Shown here piece after piece: positions 17,900-31,308 of a stretch of DNA of 64,000 bases. Location: NCBI GenBank assembly GCA_963850905.1, contig CAWKMU010000003.1, positions 3,360,001 through 3,424,000 of the forward strand. Reading direction: 5' to 3'. The notes under the pieces are model-generated. The model saw only the letters and a program-made list of their open reading frames with translations. It was not told the origin of the DNA and did no database searches. Origin of the DNA: an uncultured Gemmatimonadales bacterium (lineage in GTDB: Bacteria; Gemmatimonadota; Gemmatimonadetes; Gemmatimonadales; Gemmatimonadaceae). Made by a program: the position numbers and the translations under genes. How positions within the stretch are numbered: the first letter of the stretch is position 1; each line of letters opens with the position of its first letter.

Positions 17900-17941
17900 C
17901 CCTGACCCCTGACCCCTGACCCCTGATCCCTATTCCCTGTC
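17900..17941. repeat. Heptamer tandem repeat (CCCTGAC)x3 plus 3 degenerate units
   Basis: ccctgac ccctgac ccctgac ccctgat ccctatt ccctgtc. Confidence 0.85.
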
Positions 17942-18919
17942 CTGCTGCTCGTCTAACCGTCGCCGAAGCTCCTGCACCTCTGCACGCTGCCCCGCGATCT
18001 GCTCGCCCAGCAGCCCCGTCGCGAACGACAGGAACCCGAGAATCAGACACGTCTCGATGAGGTTCAGCAGCGGGCGGAATCCCTCGTACGGCGGGATCAC
18101 AAACCGCATCAGGAGCGCCACGATGCCGGTCACGACCCCGAGTATGAAGAGCGCGGCCCCGAGCAGGCCGAAGAGCAGGAGGGGTTTGCGGCCGAACCGC
18201 AGCTCGAACCAGACGGAGACGAGGTCCAGCACCCCGACGAAGATCCGGGAACGTCCGAACTTGGACCGGCCCGCCGCTCTGGGATACAGCGGCACCGGAA
18301 TCTCGGACACCGAAAAGCCCTCGGCCGCCGCGATCACGATCATATAGCGATGCCAGTCCGGTCGGATCGGCAGCACCTCCATGATCTCGCGTCGATAGGC
18401 CTTGACCGAGTTGAGGTCCCGTACCGGCACCTCGAACATCGACCGACTCAGCCAGTTGTACACGCGCGAGACGAACGCGCGCTCGTACTTGCCCTGTTTT
18501 TGGCCCGTGACCATGTCCGACTCGCCTGACAGGATCGGGCGCACCAGGCGCGGGATATCCTCGGGCCGGTACTGCAGGTCGGCGGGATAAAAGACCAGCA
18601 CGTCGCCCCGCGCGCGGAGATACCCCGTGCGCAGGGCGTCAGCGATGCCGCGCTGGCGCCGATGCTGCACGCCGTGCAGGAACGCGTAGCGAGGCATGAG
18701 CCCCTCGAGGACCGACCACGTGCCATCGATCGAGCCGTCGTCGATGACGATCACCTCGAACGAGATGCCCGTCCCCGCGAACGCCGCCGCGATCTGCTCC
18801 ATGAAGGGCGCCAGGTTCGCTTCTTCATCTTTGGCAGGCACGAGGACACTCACGTCCACGCGCGATTGGTCGCGCGGTGACAGGCTCACGACCGGACTCG
18901 AGGCCACCGTCGTCGTCAC
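17930..18919 (-). CDS. GT2 glycosyltransferase with two C-terminal TM helices (ArnC/GtrB-like)
   Basis: VLVPAKDE, IDDGSIDGT, ADLQY, PRAAGRSKFG; C-terminal hydrophobic pair. Confidence 0.88.
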   Translation of the reverse strand: MTTTVASSPVVSLSPRDQSRVDVSVLVPAKDEEANLAPFMEQIAAAFAGTGISFEVIVIDDGSIDGTWSVLEGLMPRYAFLHGVQHRRQRGIADALRTGYLRARGDVLVFYPADLQYRPEDIPRLVRPILSGESDMVTGQKQGKYERAFVSRVYNWLSRSMFEVPVRDLNSVKAYRREIMEVLPIRPDWHRYMIVIAAAEGFSVSEIPVPLYPRAAGRSKFGRSRIFVGVLDLVSVWFELRFGRKPLLLFGLLGAALFILGVVTGIVALLMRFVIPPYEGFRPLLNLIETCLILGFLSFATGLLGEQIAGQRAEVQELRRRLDEQQDRE

Positions 18920-20379
18920 ACCCGCTTCCGCATGCGTGCCGACAGCACGCCCAGCTGATCGCGGTACTTGGCGACCGTGCGGCGCGCGATCTGGACGCCG
19001 CCGTCCTTCAGGATGTTCACGATCGCCTGGTCCGTGAGCGGGCGCTTCGAGTCCTCGTCTTCGACGAGCTTCTGGATCTGCGCCTTGATCCCGCGCGCCG
19101 AGACATCCTCGCCGCCCGACGTCGAGAGCCCGGAGGAGAAGAAGAACTTCAGCGGCAGGACGCCGCGCGGCGTCTGCACGAACTTCTCGTTCGTCACGCG
19201 ACTCACCGTCGATTCATGCATGTTGATGACCTCGGCCACCTCGCGGAGCGTCAGCGGCTTGAGGTACTGCACGCCCTTCTCGAAGAAATCGCGCTGCCGG
19301 TCGACGATGTAGTTCATCACCTTGAGCATGGTCTGCCGCCGCTGCTCGATCGCCTGAATCATCCAGTTGGCCGAGTTCAGCTTGTTGGAGATGAACTCCT
19401 TGTTCTCCCCGTCGAACTTCTTCTTGTCGCGAGCGATCTCCTGATACGCGCGACTCAGCTTCAGGCGCGGCAGATTGGCGTCGTTCAGGAAGACGTGGTA
19501 GCGCCCGTCGATCTTGTCCACGACGAGGTCCGGCGTGATGTAATTGTCGCTGGCACTGCTGTAGACCAGGCCCGGCTTGGGATCGAGCTTGGCGATCTCG
19601 TCGGCCGCCCGCTGGACTTCCGTCTGACTGATCGCGAACCGCTTCGAGATCTCGCTCCACCGGTGATTGATGAGCTCATCGAAGCAGTCGCGTACCAATC
19701 GATACGGCACGGACTGTTCGAGGCCAGCCTGACGCAGCTGCAGCATGAGACACTCGCGCAGGTCGCGGGCGCCGACTCCGGGCGGCTCGAGGTCCTGAAT
19801 GCGGGCCAGCATGCGCTCCGCCTCCTCGAGCGTGTAGAGCGGTAGCGGCCCCCCGTCATCACGACCCGATTCGTCTGCGATGCGCGCGAGCTCGGTGTTG
19901 ATGCCGTCGACGATCTCCTGCACCGAGCACACGAGGTAGCCTTCGTCGTTGACGTTGCCGACAAACTCCTCCGCGAGGCCCAGCTCGCGCGGCGACAGAT
20001 CGAGCAGGGCGATCTGGTCGACCAGGTGGTCGCTCAGGTCGCGGGTGGCCGCCGTGACAGGCTCGAAATACTCCTTCTCTTCGTGCTCCTCGCGCCGCCC
20101 GCCGGTGTCGAACCCCTCGAGAAGAATCTCCTCCCAGTCGATTTCGTCCTTGCGCTCCTCCTCCTTCGGCTCCTCCGCGGCCGGCTCCGCTTCCGCCTCC
20201 TCTTCCTCTTCTTCCTCCGGCTCGACGAGCTCGAGGAACGGGTTGGTCTCGAGCTCCTGCTTGAGATGTTGCTGCAAATCGAGCAGCGGCATGTACAGCA
20301 GGTCCATCGCCTGGTACAGGCGTGGATTGATCTTCAGTTCCTGCTTGAGTTGCGTTGTCTGACTCAGTCCGGCTTTCAT
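18916..20379 (-). CDS. rpoN: RNA polymerase sigma-54 factor
   Basis: HESTVSRV and RpoN box ARRTVAKYR; Q/L-rich region I. Confidence 0.98.
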   Translation of the reverse strand: MKAGLSQTTQLKQELKINPRLYQAMDLLYMPLLDLQQHLKQELETNPFLELVEPEEEEEEEAEAEPAAEEPKEEERKDEIDWEEILLEGFDTGGRREEHEEKEYFEPVTAATRDLSDHLVDQIALLDLSPRELGLAEEFVGNVNDEGYLVCSVQEIVDGINTELARIADESGRDDGGPLPLYTLEEAERMLARIQDLEPPGVGARDLRECLMLQLRQAGLEQSVPYRLVRDCFDELINHRWSEISKRFAISQTEVQRAADEIAKLDPKPGLVYSSASDNYITPDLVVDKIDGRYHVFLNDANLPRLKLSRAYQEIARDKKKFDGENKEFISNKLNSANWMIQAIEQRRQTMLKVMNYIVDRQRDFFEKGVQYLKPLTLREVAEVINMHESTVSRVTNEKFVQTPRGVLPLKFFFSSGLSTSGGEDVSARGIKAQIQKLVEDEDSKRPLTDQAIVNILKDGGVQIARRTVAKYRDQLGVLSARMRKRV

Positions 20380-20422
20380 TCCGCTTCACTCCTCCGGCAG
20401 GCGCCGTGCTCGTCTGCGTGCA

Positions 20423-21649
20423 TTACGACGCTGAGAATCGCGAACGCAGGCGCGCAGTGAGCGTTGGGCCGAGATAGATCTCTGCCACCTTTTCATCGTA
20501 GACCAGCTCCTGCACTGTGCCCGAAACCTGCACCTTCCCATCGAACATGATGTACGCGCGATCGACAATGTCCAGCGTCTGCTCGACATTGTGGTCGCTA
20601 ATCAGGACGCCGATGCCGCGATGCCGGAGGCCGGCCACAATGGTCTGAATGTCGTGGACGGCGATCGGATCGACTCCGGCGAACGGTTCATCGAGCATCA
20701 TGAACTTAGGCTCCGTCACGAGTGCGCGCGTAATCTCGAGCCGGCGGCGCTCACCCCCCGACAACGCGTAGGCTTTGCTCTGCCGGAGATGCTTGATGCT
20801 CAATTCGTCCAACAGCTCCTCGAGTCGCGCGTGGCGCTCGTCGCTCTGCAAAGGCAACGTCTCGAGGATCGCGAGTACGTTGTCCTCGACCGACAATTTC
20901 CTGAAGACCGACGGCTCTTGCGACAGATAGCCAATGCCACGGCGCGCGCGCCGATACATCGGCATCTCCGTGATGTCTTCTCCGTCGAGCACGATGCGGC
21001 CGGTGAGGGGGGGAATGAGGCCGACGATCATGTAGAACACCGTCGTCTTTCCGGCGCCATTGGGCCCCAGCAACCCGACGATCTCCCCTTGTTGCAATCG
21101 GAGGGCCACGTCATTCACCACCTTGCGCCGGCGATACACCTTGACCAGCCCCTTGGCCTCGAGCAGGCTATGGCCGGCATCGATCGTCGCCGCCGCGACG
21201 GCCCCCGAGGGTCGCTCACCGAGGGCGAGCAGCGCCTGCGCCAGGTCCATGCGGTACCGGCCCACCTGCGACCAGATGCCCGGCGCGAAGGTGATCCGGG
21301 CATCCCCAACCAGCTCGTCGTGCGGTGGGAGCTGGACCACGCCCTCGCGCGCGAGGCGTGGCAGCAGCGACCCGGCGAGATAGGTGCGGACCTCGTCCAG
21401 GGAGAGCCGGCCGGATTCGCGTTCGGCATCGCGCCCCTCGGCTCGGACGAGCCGCAGGTGTCGGTCACGAAAGGCGATGGCGACGTCGTTGAGCGAGGCC
21501 GCCCCGCCGTCGTCCGTACCCGCCAGCAAGCAGCCCAGCAACAGCGAAAGCGACCGATCGCTCTCGCCGATCCGGCGTAGCAACGCCTGCACGTCGCTCG
21601 GGATCGCACCCGGCGTGGGGGTCGAGCGCTGGCCATTGCCTTCTACCAT
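20423..21649 (-). CDS. lptB: LPS export ABC ATPase with about 160-aa N-terminal extension
   Basis: [52 protein letters not shown]. Confidence 0.93.
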   Translation of the reverse strand: MVEGNGQRSTPTPGAIPSDVQALLRRIGESDRSLSLLLGCLLAGTDDGGAASLNDVAIAFRDRHLRLVRAEGRDAERESGRLSLDEVRTYLAGSLLPRLAREGVVQLPPHDELVGDARITFAPGIWSQVGRYRMDLAQALLALGERPSGAVAAATIDAGHSLLEAKGLVKVYRRRKVVNDVALRLQQGEIVGLLGPNGAGKTTVFYMIVGLIPPLTGRIVLDGEDITEMPMYRRARRGIGYLSQEPSVFRKLSVEDNVLAILETLPLQSDERHARLEELLDELSIKHLRQSKAYALSGGERRRLEITRALVTEPKFMMLDEPFAGVDPIAVHDIQTIVAGLRHRGIGVLISDHNVEQTLDIVDRAYIMFDGKVQVSGTVQELVYDEKVAEIYLGPTLTARLRSRFSAS

Positions 21650-23580
21650 CCGGCCGCCTCCTTGCTCACCACCTGCGCCAGACCCCCAAGCACACCCGGT
21701 GGCGCCGTGGGCGCTGGACGGGAGACCGCTGCCTGGTGCGGCGGGGTCCCGCCCGGGGGCGGTGGCGCCGCGGGCGGCGGCGCCGGGGGCGGTGCGCCAC
21801 TCGGCGGCGGCTGGGTCGCTGGAGGCATTTGACTCGCCGGTGGCGTACGCGCCGCCCTCGCGCTGTCGGCAGCCGCGCTATCGGCGGCCGCGTGCTCGGC
21901 CGCCGCACTGTCCGCCATCGCCGCGCTGTCGGCCATCGCGGCACTATCGACCACCGGCGCAGGACGCGGAGCAGCATGCGCTGGCGCCGCTGTGCTGTCG
22001 GGTCCGCCCTTCGCGCCCTTCGGCCGTTTCTTGGGCTTCGCCAACGTGTCTGTCAGCGCCCGCGCGCGTCGCGCCGAGTCCTTGTTGACGCTGTCGGCCT
22101 GCGGCTCGAGATAGATGCCGGCGGCGCTATCGGTAACGATGATCATCTGCACTTGCTTGTTCAGAAAATGGATCGTGATCACGCGACCCCGCGTGTAGTC
22201 GATGGCGGGCCGCGTCTCCTTCTTGTCGCGCGGCGCCAGCTGGTAGAACGCGTGCGCGTTGCCGCTCGCGACCATCGTGCGCAGCTCCGGCTGGGTGTCC
22301 GCGGCAGGCGGTGCCGCGTGCGGCGCGGGACCGCTTCCATCCCCCTGGCCAGCCGGGCGCGTGTTGGCAACGGGCGCGGTGCCCGGCGCTTCGGACGACG
22401 CGTGGCCGGCCGAGTCGCGCCGATGCAGCTGACTCGTGTCGAAGTAGGCGAAAATCGTGTCGCCTTTCATCCAATCGCGCTCCTTCGAGCGGAAGTGCGT
22501 CGTGTCCGGCTCCCCAGTCGCGTAGGCCTTTCGCACCGCCCGGATCTGATGGATCACCTGGCCCGGCATGCGCACGTCAATCGAGTCGGCGAGAATGTCC
22601 CGCTCCGGCGTCATCGCATGGGCGCGACTGGGCCCCCAGGCGTAGGAGCGCGAAAGCACTTTGTCCGTGAAGCGCATGTCGATGGTGTCAGCCGTCAGGT
22701 GCATGTCTTTGCTCACCGCATCGGCGTGCCGAATGGAGACGACCCGGACGAGCTCGTGGTTCACGGTGTAAAGGTCGACCACGTCTCCCTTGAGGGTGAA
22801 CGGATGCTGCTCCTGCGTCCCGTGAATGACAGGGTTGATCATGAGTTGCGCGAAACCGGTCCCCTGGTTCATGAACGCCGAGTCGCTCGTGGCGATGAGG
22901 TCCGTACGCTTGATGATGACCTTCCGCGACGCGTAGACCAAACTGTCGCCATTCATGTAGACGAGATTGGCGTCGACCCCCGCGGTGTCGGCCTGCGTGC
23001 TGTTCGAGTCTCGCTGCACGAGGTGAAAATGGGGCCGGCCCGGCGCAGTGAGCTGCGCGCGCGGCCGTACGTCGGGGATCGAGCGCAGGTAGTCGGCGTG
23101 CGGGCCGTGCATGGTCGTCCCGCTCGGCAACACTGCGACCACGTTCGTGTCCGCGAGCAGCCGCTCGGTCTGCACGAAGTACGTCATGTGGTGCGCGTCG
23201 ATCACTGCCCGCGGATCGGTGTAATGCACGTGCCCAATGAGGTACAATAGGCCTTGGTCTTCGTAGTACTCGGCACTGTCCGCCTTGAGCCGAACCCCCG
23301 GCTGGTTGGCGCAGTGCGCGATGACGCGGCCGCCGCTGAAGGTGTTGTACGCGCCGCTCGGCTGCTTGATGTGATTCGAGTGTGTGGTGATCGTGTCATC
23401 GAAGACGAGATTGCACGGACCGCCCGGCTCCTGCGTCGCAGCCGCTTGCGCGCGGGCTGGTCGCGCCACACCGGCCCACATGCCCACTACCGCCCCTGCA
23501 AGCATCAGAGCGTAACCACCCTGACGCCGCGAGGAGCGCCCGCCCAACGGTGGGCCGAAGGCGAAGTGGGCCAGGCGCAT
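21643..23580 (-). CDS. OstA/LptA-like beta-jellyroll LPS transport protein with low-complexity C-terminal tail
   Basis: Between lptC and lptB; signal peptide; repeated ADS/ADT/GDT-I beta segments; Ala/Pro-rich tail. Confidence 0.7.
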   Translation of the reverse strand: MRLAHFAFGPPLGGRSSRRQGGYALMLAGAVVGMWAGVARPARAQAAATQEPGGPCNLVFDDTITTHSNHIKQPSGAYNTFSGGRVIAHCANQPGVRLKADSAEYYEDQGLLYLIGHVHYTDPRAVIDAHHMTYFVQTERLLADTNVVAVLPSGTTMHGPHADYLRSIPDVRPRAQLTAPGRPHFHLVQRDSNSTQADTAGVDANLVYMNGDSLVYASRKVIIKRTDLIATSDSAFMNQGTGFAQLMINPVIHGTQEQHPFTLKGDVVDLYTVNHELVRVVSIRHADAVSKDMHLTADTIDMRFTDKVLSRSYAWGPSRAHAMTPERDILADSIDVRMPGQVIHQIRAVRKAYATGEPDTTHFRSKERDWMKGDTIFAYFDTSQLHRRDSAGHASSEAPGTAPVANTRPAGQGDGSGPAPHAAPPAADTQPELRTMVASGNAHAFYQLAPRDKKETRPAIDYTRGRVITIHFLNKQVQMIIVTDSAAGIYLEPQADSVNKDSARRARALTDTLAKPKKRPKGAKGGPDSTAAPAHAAPRPAPVVDSAAMADSAAMADSAAAEHAAADSAAADSARAARTPPASQMPPATQPPPSGAPPPAPPPAAPPPPGGTPPHQAAVSRPAPTAPPGVLGGLAQVVSKEAAGW

Positions 23581-23581
23581 C

Positions 23582-24418
23582 TCAAGGCGTCGGTCGGGCG
23601 GCCGGAGGCGAGGCCTGCGGTTGCGGCGCGGCCGGCGCGGCCGGCGCGGGGACCGTGGGAGTCGTGACCGCACCGGGCATGCCCGGAGGCATGGCGCCAG
23701 TCGCTCGGCCGTGCGTCGCCGCGTGCACGCTCGCTCCCGGCGCACTCGCAGGGCCGCCACCGGCCGATGGTGGCGCGCCGCGGCCCGGCACAGGACGGGC
23801 CGCGCCATTCGGAGCGCGCACAGGAGCGCCAGAGCGGGCCGTGTCCCCTGGCCCACCCGGCAGCGTCACTGTCCCGGCATACCCGGAGCACGCCCGGAAG
23901 CACTTCATGTTGTTCATGTCGGGATCCGACGTGAAACCGATGCCGATCATCTGACGCGTCGCATTCGAATCGGTGAGGGTGAACGAGGTATCACTCGAGA
24001 TCTCGTTCCGCGTCTGGGAATAGCGCAACACGGGCGTGGTCAGGCGGCGGCCATCTTCCGACACCACCACGACGTTCCCCCGCGCCTCCATGTTGTTCGT
24101 GCGCGTGTTGTACGTGCCCTCCCGCGAGGTCAGGACGGCGTTCTTGGCACCCGTTACGGTGAAGAACACGGTCCGCACCCCACGCATCTCGACGCGCGTA
24201 TTGTCATCGAACACGTACGCCGTATCGCCATAGACCTCGGCCTTCATGACGCCGCCATCCGTCACGACCGACTTGGTGTGATACAGCACCTGGTCCGCTG
24301 AATCGGCGAGCGGGTTCCTGACGGCGACGGGCAACTGCTTCTCACTGCTACACCCGATCGACAGCGTCAGCACCACCGCGCCGGCGATCGCGACAGCACC
24401 GCGCATACCGGGCCTCAT
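23582..24418 (-). CDS. lptC: LPS export periplasmic protein LptC-like lipoprotein
   Basis: LSIG-C lipobox, ARGNVVVVSEDGRRLTT, GIGFTSD; follows kdsD. Confidence 0.8.
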   Translation of the reverse strand: MRPGMRGAVAIAGAVVLTLSIGCSSEKQLPVAVRNPLADSADQVLYHTKSVVTDGGVMKAEVYGDTAYVFDDNTRVEMRGVRTVFFTVTGAKNAVLTSREGTYNTRTNNMEARGNVVVVSEDGRRLTTPVLRYSQTRNEISSDTSFTLTDSNATRQMIGIGFTSDPDMNNMKCFRACSGYAGTVTLPGGPGDTARSGAPVRAPNGAARPVPGRGAPPSAGGGPASAPGASVHAATHGRATGAMPPGMPGAVTTPTVPAPAAPAAPQPQASPPAARPTP

Positions 24419-25485
24419 ACCACCCCTGCGCGCAGCAGGTCGTGCAGATGCACAATGCCAACGACCAGCCGCGTCTCGTCGACCACGGGCAGGGCCATGA
24501 TCCCCCCCTCCTGCATCCGATACACGGCCGCGCTTCCGAGCTCGGCGGCGTGGGCCGTCCGTGGCTCACGGGTCATGATCTCGGACACCGGGACGTTGAG
24601 CCACCCGGTCTCGTCCCGATGACGCAGCCGGCGCATGTCGCCCGCCGTCACGACGCCCAGCAGTCGCCGAGCGGCATCCGTCACGATGAGCGTCCCGCGA
24701 CGTTCCGAGATCGTGAAGAGCGCGCTCTCCATGACTTCGGTCGGCGGCGCCACCGGGAGGTCCTCTCGAACCATGACGTCCCCGACGCGCGTCAGCAGCT
24801 GTTTCCCGAGCGCGCCACCCGGATGCAGGCGAGCGAAATCCTCCCGCCGGAATCCCTTTTCCTGGAGCAGCGTCACCGCGAGCGCATCGCCAATCGCCAT
24901 CGCGGCGGTCGTGCTCGTCGTCGGCGCGAGGTCGTGCGGGCAGGCTTCCTCGTCGACCGCCGCGTCGAGCACGACGTCGGCATGACTCGCCAATGTCGAC
25001 GCCACAGCGCCCGTCACGGCGATGGTGCGCACGCCCAGCCGCTGGAGATGCTCGAGAAGCGCAAGCACCTCGTGCGACTCGCCACTCTTCGAGATGAGGA
25101 CAGCGACATCGCCGGTCCCCACGATGCCCAGGTCGCCGTGCACGCTGTCGGCAGGGTGAAGAAACGTCGCTGGTGTACCGGTCGACGTGAGTGTTGCGGC
25201 GATCTTGCGACCGACCAGACCCGACTTCCCCACACCGGCGACGATCACGCGTCCCGGTGCGCCGGCGATCAGGTGCACCGCGTCCGCGAAGTGGCGGTCC
25301 AAACGCCGCTCCAGCGCCTGCAGCGCCTCGCGCTCCGTCTGGATCACCGCGCGTCCACGCTCGACGATGCGCGTATCAGCACCGGCACCGTCGCTCGTCG
25401 TTGCCCGGCGCGCCGCCGGCGCCGCGAGCGTCGCCGTCCCGCCCGGCGCCACCGCTGTCGGCCCGTTCTTCCGACTCTTCGCCAC
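24415..25485 (-). CDS. kdsD: Arabinose-5-phosphate isomerase (KpsF/GutQ, SIS plus CBS)
   Basis: GVGKSG, TLTSTGTP, HGDLG, EACPHDLAPTTST, HPGGALG. Confidence 0.95.
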   Translation of the reverse strand: MAKSRKNGPTAVAPGGTATLAAPAARRATTSDGAGADTRIVERGRAVIQTEREALQALERRLDRHFADAVHLIAGAPGRVIVAGVGKSGLVGRKIAATLTSTGTPATFLHPADSVHGDLGIVGTGDVAVLISKSGESHEVLALLEHLQRLGVRTIAVTGAVASTLASHADVVLDAAVDEEACPHDLAPTTSTTAAMAIGDALAVTLLQEKGFRREDFARLHPGGALGKQLLTRVGDVMVREDLPVAPPTEVMESALFTISERRGTLIVTDAARRLLGVVTAGDMRRLRHRDETGWLNVPVSEIMTREPRTAHAAELGSAAVYRMQEGGIMALPVVDETRLVVGIVHLHDLLRAGVV

Positions 25486-26153
25486 TAGGTCCGCACCTCG
25501 GGGGCGTTCATCGTGCCGGTGACATACTGCTCGACGACATCATCCCACTGGCCGCGTGCGCGCAACAGCATCTCCGCGAATTCGCGGACGGCGCCCGCGC
25601 CACCGGCACGCTGCAACCGAAGGGCGGCTACTCGTTTGATCGCGGGCACGGCGTTGGCAACCGCCACGGGCAGACCGACCGACCGCATAATGGCGAGATC
25701 GGGATAGTCATCACCGACGAACGCCGTCTCGGCCAGCGACACCCCACGTCGCTCCAGGATTCGCAACAGGCCCGGAAGCTTTCGCGCCTGTCCATCCTGA
25801 TAAAGGTCGTCCGCGCGCAGCTCTTGCGCTCGGAGCTCCACGCTCCGCGACACCCGCCCGGTCACGATCGCGACCAACAGGCCCGACTGTCGCAGCAGGA
25901 ACACGCCAAGCCCATCCTGAATGTCGTACCGCTTGAACTCGAGCGGCGCGCCCGCGACGTCCCCGAGATAGATCCCGCCGTCGGTCATCACGCCGTCCAC
26001 GTCGAGCCCGACCAATCGGATCCGCCTCGCGACGCCCGGATCGATGCTCGAGCTCGCACGGCGCGCTCCCGTGGCAGGTGACGATACCCGCCCGTCACGT
26101 CCAGCCGCGCCGGCGCCCCGACGCCCGGCTCCGTTTCGTCTCATCGTCGGCAC
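25485..26153 (-). CDS. kdsC: KDO 8-phosphate phosphatase
   Basis: [29 protein letters not shown]. Confidence 0.93.
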   Translation of the reverse strand: MPTMRRNGAGRRGAGAAGRDGRVSSPATGARRASSSIDPGVARRIRLVGLDVDGVMTDGGIYLGDVAGAPLEFKRYDIQDGLGVFLLRQSGLLVAIVTGRVSRSVELRAQELRADDLYQDGQARKLPGLLRILERRGVSLAETAFVGDDYPDLAIMRSVGLPVAVANAVPAIKRVAALRLQRAGGAGAVREFAEMLLRARGQWDDVVEQYVTGTMNAPEVRT

Positions 26154-26965
26154 CTCGCCCAGACATCGACGATCCGATCGAGCAGCGGAGCCAGCTCGGT
26201 GAGCGGGAGCATGTTGGGTCCGTCGCTCGGCGCGTGGTCAGGGTCGGGATGCGTTTCCAGGAACAGGCCCTGGGCACCCGCGGCGACCGCCGCGAGAGCC
26301 AGCGGTGGGATGAACTCTCGCGCGCCCCCGCTGGCACCCGCTGCGCCTTGACCGGGCCGCTGCACGCTGTGCGTCGCGTCGAACACGACCGGGGCAGCAC
26401 ACGCGTCGCGCAGGCGGGGAAACGCCCGCATGTCGACGACGAGATCGCCGTAGCCAAAGAACGTTCCACGCTCGGTCACCGCGACCTCTGACCGGTCGTG
26501 CCCGTGGGCGGCGCTGCGCACCTTGTCGACCGCCCCGCGCATGCCTTCAGGATGCATCCACTGTCCCTTCTTGATGTTGACGGGCCGTCCCGTCGCGCCG
26601 GCCGCTTGCAGGAGATCGGTCTGCCGGCAGAGAAACGCCGGGATCTGCAAGACATCGACGACCTGGGCCGCAACGGCGCATTGGGCCGGCTCATGTACGT
26701 CGGTCAGGATGCGCAGGCCGGTCGCGGCACGCACGCGGGCGAGGGCCTCGAGCCCCTCCTCGAGGCCGGGCCCCCGATGGGCCGCGACGTTCGAGCGATT
26801 CGCCTTATCGAAGCTCGCCTTGAAGATCACGCCGCCTGGAATGCGTTCGCTCAGGCGCGCCAGATATTCGCCAACGCCGAGATTGAGTCCCTCGTCCTCG
26901 AGCACACACGGGCCGGCGATCAGAAAGAGCGCATCGGCCGGGAAGGCTGGCGAGTGGCACGCCAC
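26141..26965 (-). CDS. kdsA: KDO 8-phosphate synthase
   Basis: [42 protein letters not shown]. Confidence 0.97.
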   Translation of the reverse strand: MACHSPAFPADALFLIAGPCVLEDEGLNLGVGEYLARLSERIPGGVIFKASFDKANRSNVAAHRGPGLEEGLEALARVRAATGLRILTDVHEPAQCAVAAQVVDVLQIPAFLCRQTDLLQAAGATGRPVNIKKGQWMHPEGMRGAVDKVRSAAHGHDRSEVAVTERGTFFGYGDLVVDMRAFPRLRDACAAPVVFDATHSVQRPGQGAAGASGGAREFIPPLALAAVAAGAQGLFLETHPDPDHAPSDGPNMLPLTELAPLLDRIVDVWARCRR

Positions 26966-26968
26966 CAG

Positions 26969-29490
<2,522 letters not shown>

Positions 29491-29672
29491 CTGGCGACAC
29501 CGCCGCAGCGCTCGCCGCGCTGCCGACACGGCCGATAGAAAGGGCAAAAGCGCGGCGCGCTAGCAAGATTCACGCCATCGAAATTACCGGTCGGCAGAAG
29601 AAAAAGCAAACCACGCTCGCGTATCGGTTTGCCGCGATGCGTGCCCCTCCGACAACCCGGTGGACGCCGCGC

Positions 29673-29699
29673 GTAGGGGCGAAACATGCGTCGCCCTAC
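29673..29699. repeat. GTAG-family REP-like palindrome
   Basis: GTAGGGGCGAAACATGCGTCGCCCTAC; overlaps the trpG stop codon. Confidence 0.7.
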
Positions 29700-30382
29700 G
29701 ATGTGGCACCGCTCGCCAGGACCGGGACCACGCCCCCTTGGGATGCGTGGTAGTCGTCCGCCAGACGAAGGAAATTCGCCAGGAGGCGCTTCCCGCCCGC
29801 GGTCAGCACAGACTCCGGGTGGAACTGGACGCCCCACACCGGATCGCGGCGATGCCGCATGGCGTGGATCTCCTCCGGGTCATCGGTCGCCCGGGCCAGG
29901 ACGGCCAGCGTGTCTGGAAGCGAGGCGCGATCCACGATCAGTGAGTGATAGCGCATGACCCGCAGCGGCGAGGGGAGGCCGTCGAACAAGCCGCCCCCAT
30001 CATGCGCTACGTCGGACGTCTTCCCGTGCATGACCCGACCGGCTCGGACCACCCGAGCCCCGTACGCTTCCCCGATCGCTTGATGGCCGAGACAGACGCC
30101 GAGAATCGGGATCTCGCTACCCCAGCGCCGCACGAGCGGGACGCTGATCCCGGCCTCGGCCGGCGTACACGGCCCCGGTGAGATCACGATCGCGCGTGGC
30201 GCGAGCGGGCCGATGTCGTCGACCGCCAGCGCGTCGTTGCGCCGCACCACGGGGTGCTCCCCCAGCTCGCCCAGGTATTGGACGAGGTTGTACGTGAACG
30301 AGTCGTAGTTGTCGATCACCAGCACCGGCCCGCTCGCCGGACTCGAGCGCGGCCGCGGGGTCGCCTCCGCGTGTGGGGTCAC
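29696..30382 (-). CDS. trpG: Anthranilate/aminodeoxychorismate synthase component II (glutamine amidotransferase)
   Basis: [33 protein letters not shown]; trpG versus pabA cannot be resolved from sequence. Confidence 0.9.
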   Translation of the reverse strand: MTPHAEATPRPRSSPASGPVLVIDNYDSFTYNLVQYLGELGEHPVVRRNDALAVDDIGPLAPRAIVISPGPCTPAEAGISVPLVRRWGSEIPILGVCLGHQAIGEAYGARVVRAGRVMHGKTSDVAHDGGGLFDGLPSPLRVMRYHSLIVDRASLPDTLAVLARATDDPEEIHAMRHRRDPVWGVQFHPESVLTAGGKRLLANFLRLADDYHASQGGVVPVLASGATS

Positions 30383-30383
30383 C

Positions 30384-31308
30384 TCAACCTCGGGGATGAA
30401 ACTGACGATGCACGCTGCGTAGATACTCGCGATCGACGTGGGTGTAAATCTGCGTCGTCGAAATATCGGCGTGCCCCAACATGTCCTGCACGGCCCGCAG
30501 GTCGGCGCCCCCCTCGAGCAGGTGCGTCGCGAAGGAGTGTCGCAGCGTATGCGGTGTCACGCGCTTGGTAATGCCGGCCGCCGTGACGTACTTCCGGAGC
30601 ACCTTCCACGCACCCATCCGGGTCAGCGGCTCACCGCGCGCGTTGAGTAAGAGCATCCCGCGGCCCCCTCCGCGCTCGAGCCGCGGACGCAATTCGCGCA
30701 GGTACACCGCCACCGCACCGATCGCCGGCCGCCCGATCGGAACGAGCCGCTCCTTGTTGCCCTTCCCCACGACACGCGACCAACGCCTCAGCCAGCACCA
30801 CATCCCGCACGCCGAGCGTGATCCACTCCGACACGCGAAGCCCGGCGCCGTACGCGAGCTCGAGCAACGCGCGATCGCGAAACGCGAGCGTCTCGTCCAA
30901 TGAGGGCGCCGCCACCAGTCGCTGTACCTCGTCGACCGTCAATACCTCGGGCAGACTCCGCCACCGGTTCGGCATTTCCAGCCGCTCCGTCGGATCGCGG
31001 ACCACATGTCCGTCGGCCAGCAGGAAGCGGTAGTACGTTCGAACCGCCGACACATTGCGCCGGATCGATGCGGGGGCGAGTCCCAGATCCTTCAGGTGGT
31101 AGACGTAGTCCCGGACCAGCCGCATCCCGATCGCCGTCGGTGCGGGCGCCCCGTGCGCTGCGGCATACGTGGCGAATCGCGTCACGTCGCGACCGTACGC
31201 TTCGCAGGTCAGCGGCGCAGCGCTGCGCTCGAGAGACAGGAAGTCCGCGAATGGCTCGAGGAGGAATGCGCGCCCGATCTGCGGCCCGATCGCCTGGCTA
31301 TCCACCAT
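30384..31308 (-). CDS. xerD: Tyrosine recombinase XerD; apparent frameshift near 30780
   Basis: [18 protein letters not shown], then [50 protein letters not shown]. Confidence 0.9.

Noticed and set aside
30384..31308. Tyrosine recombinase as a mobile-element integrase
   Set aside because: It has XerD-typical motifs and is embedded among housekeeping genes (ispF, trpG).
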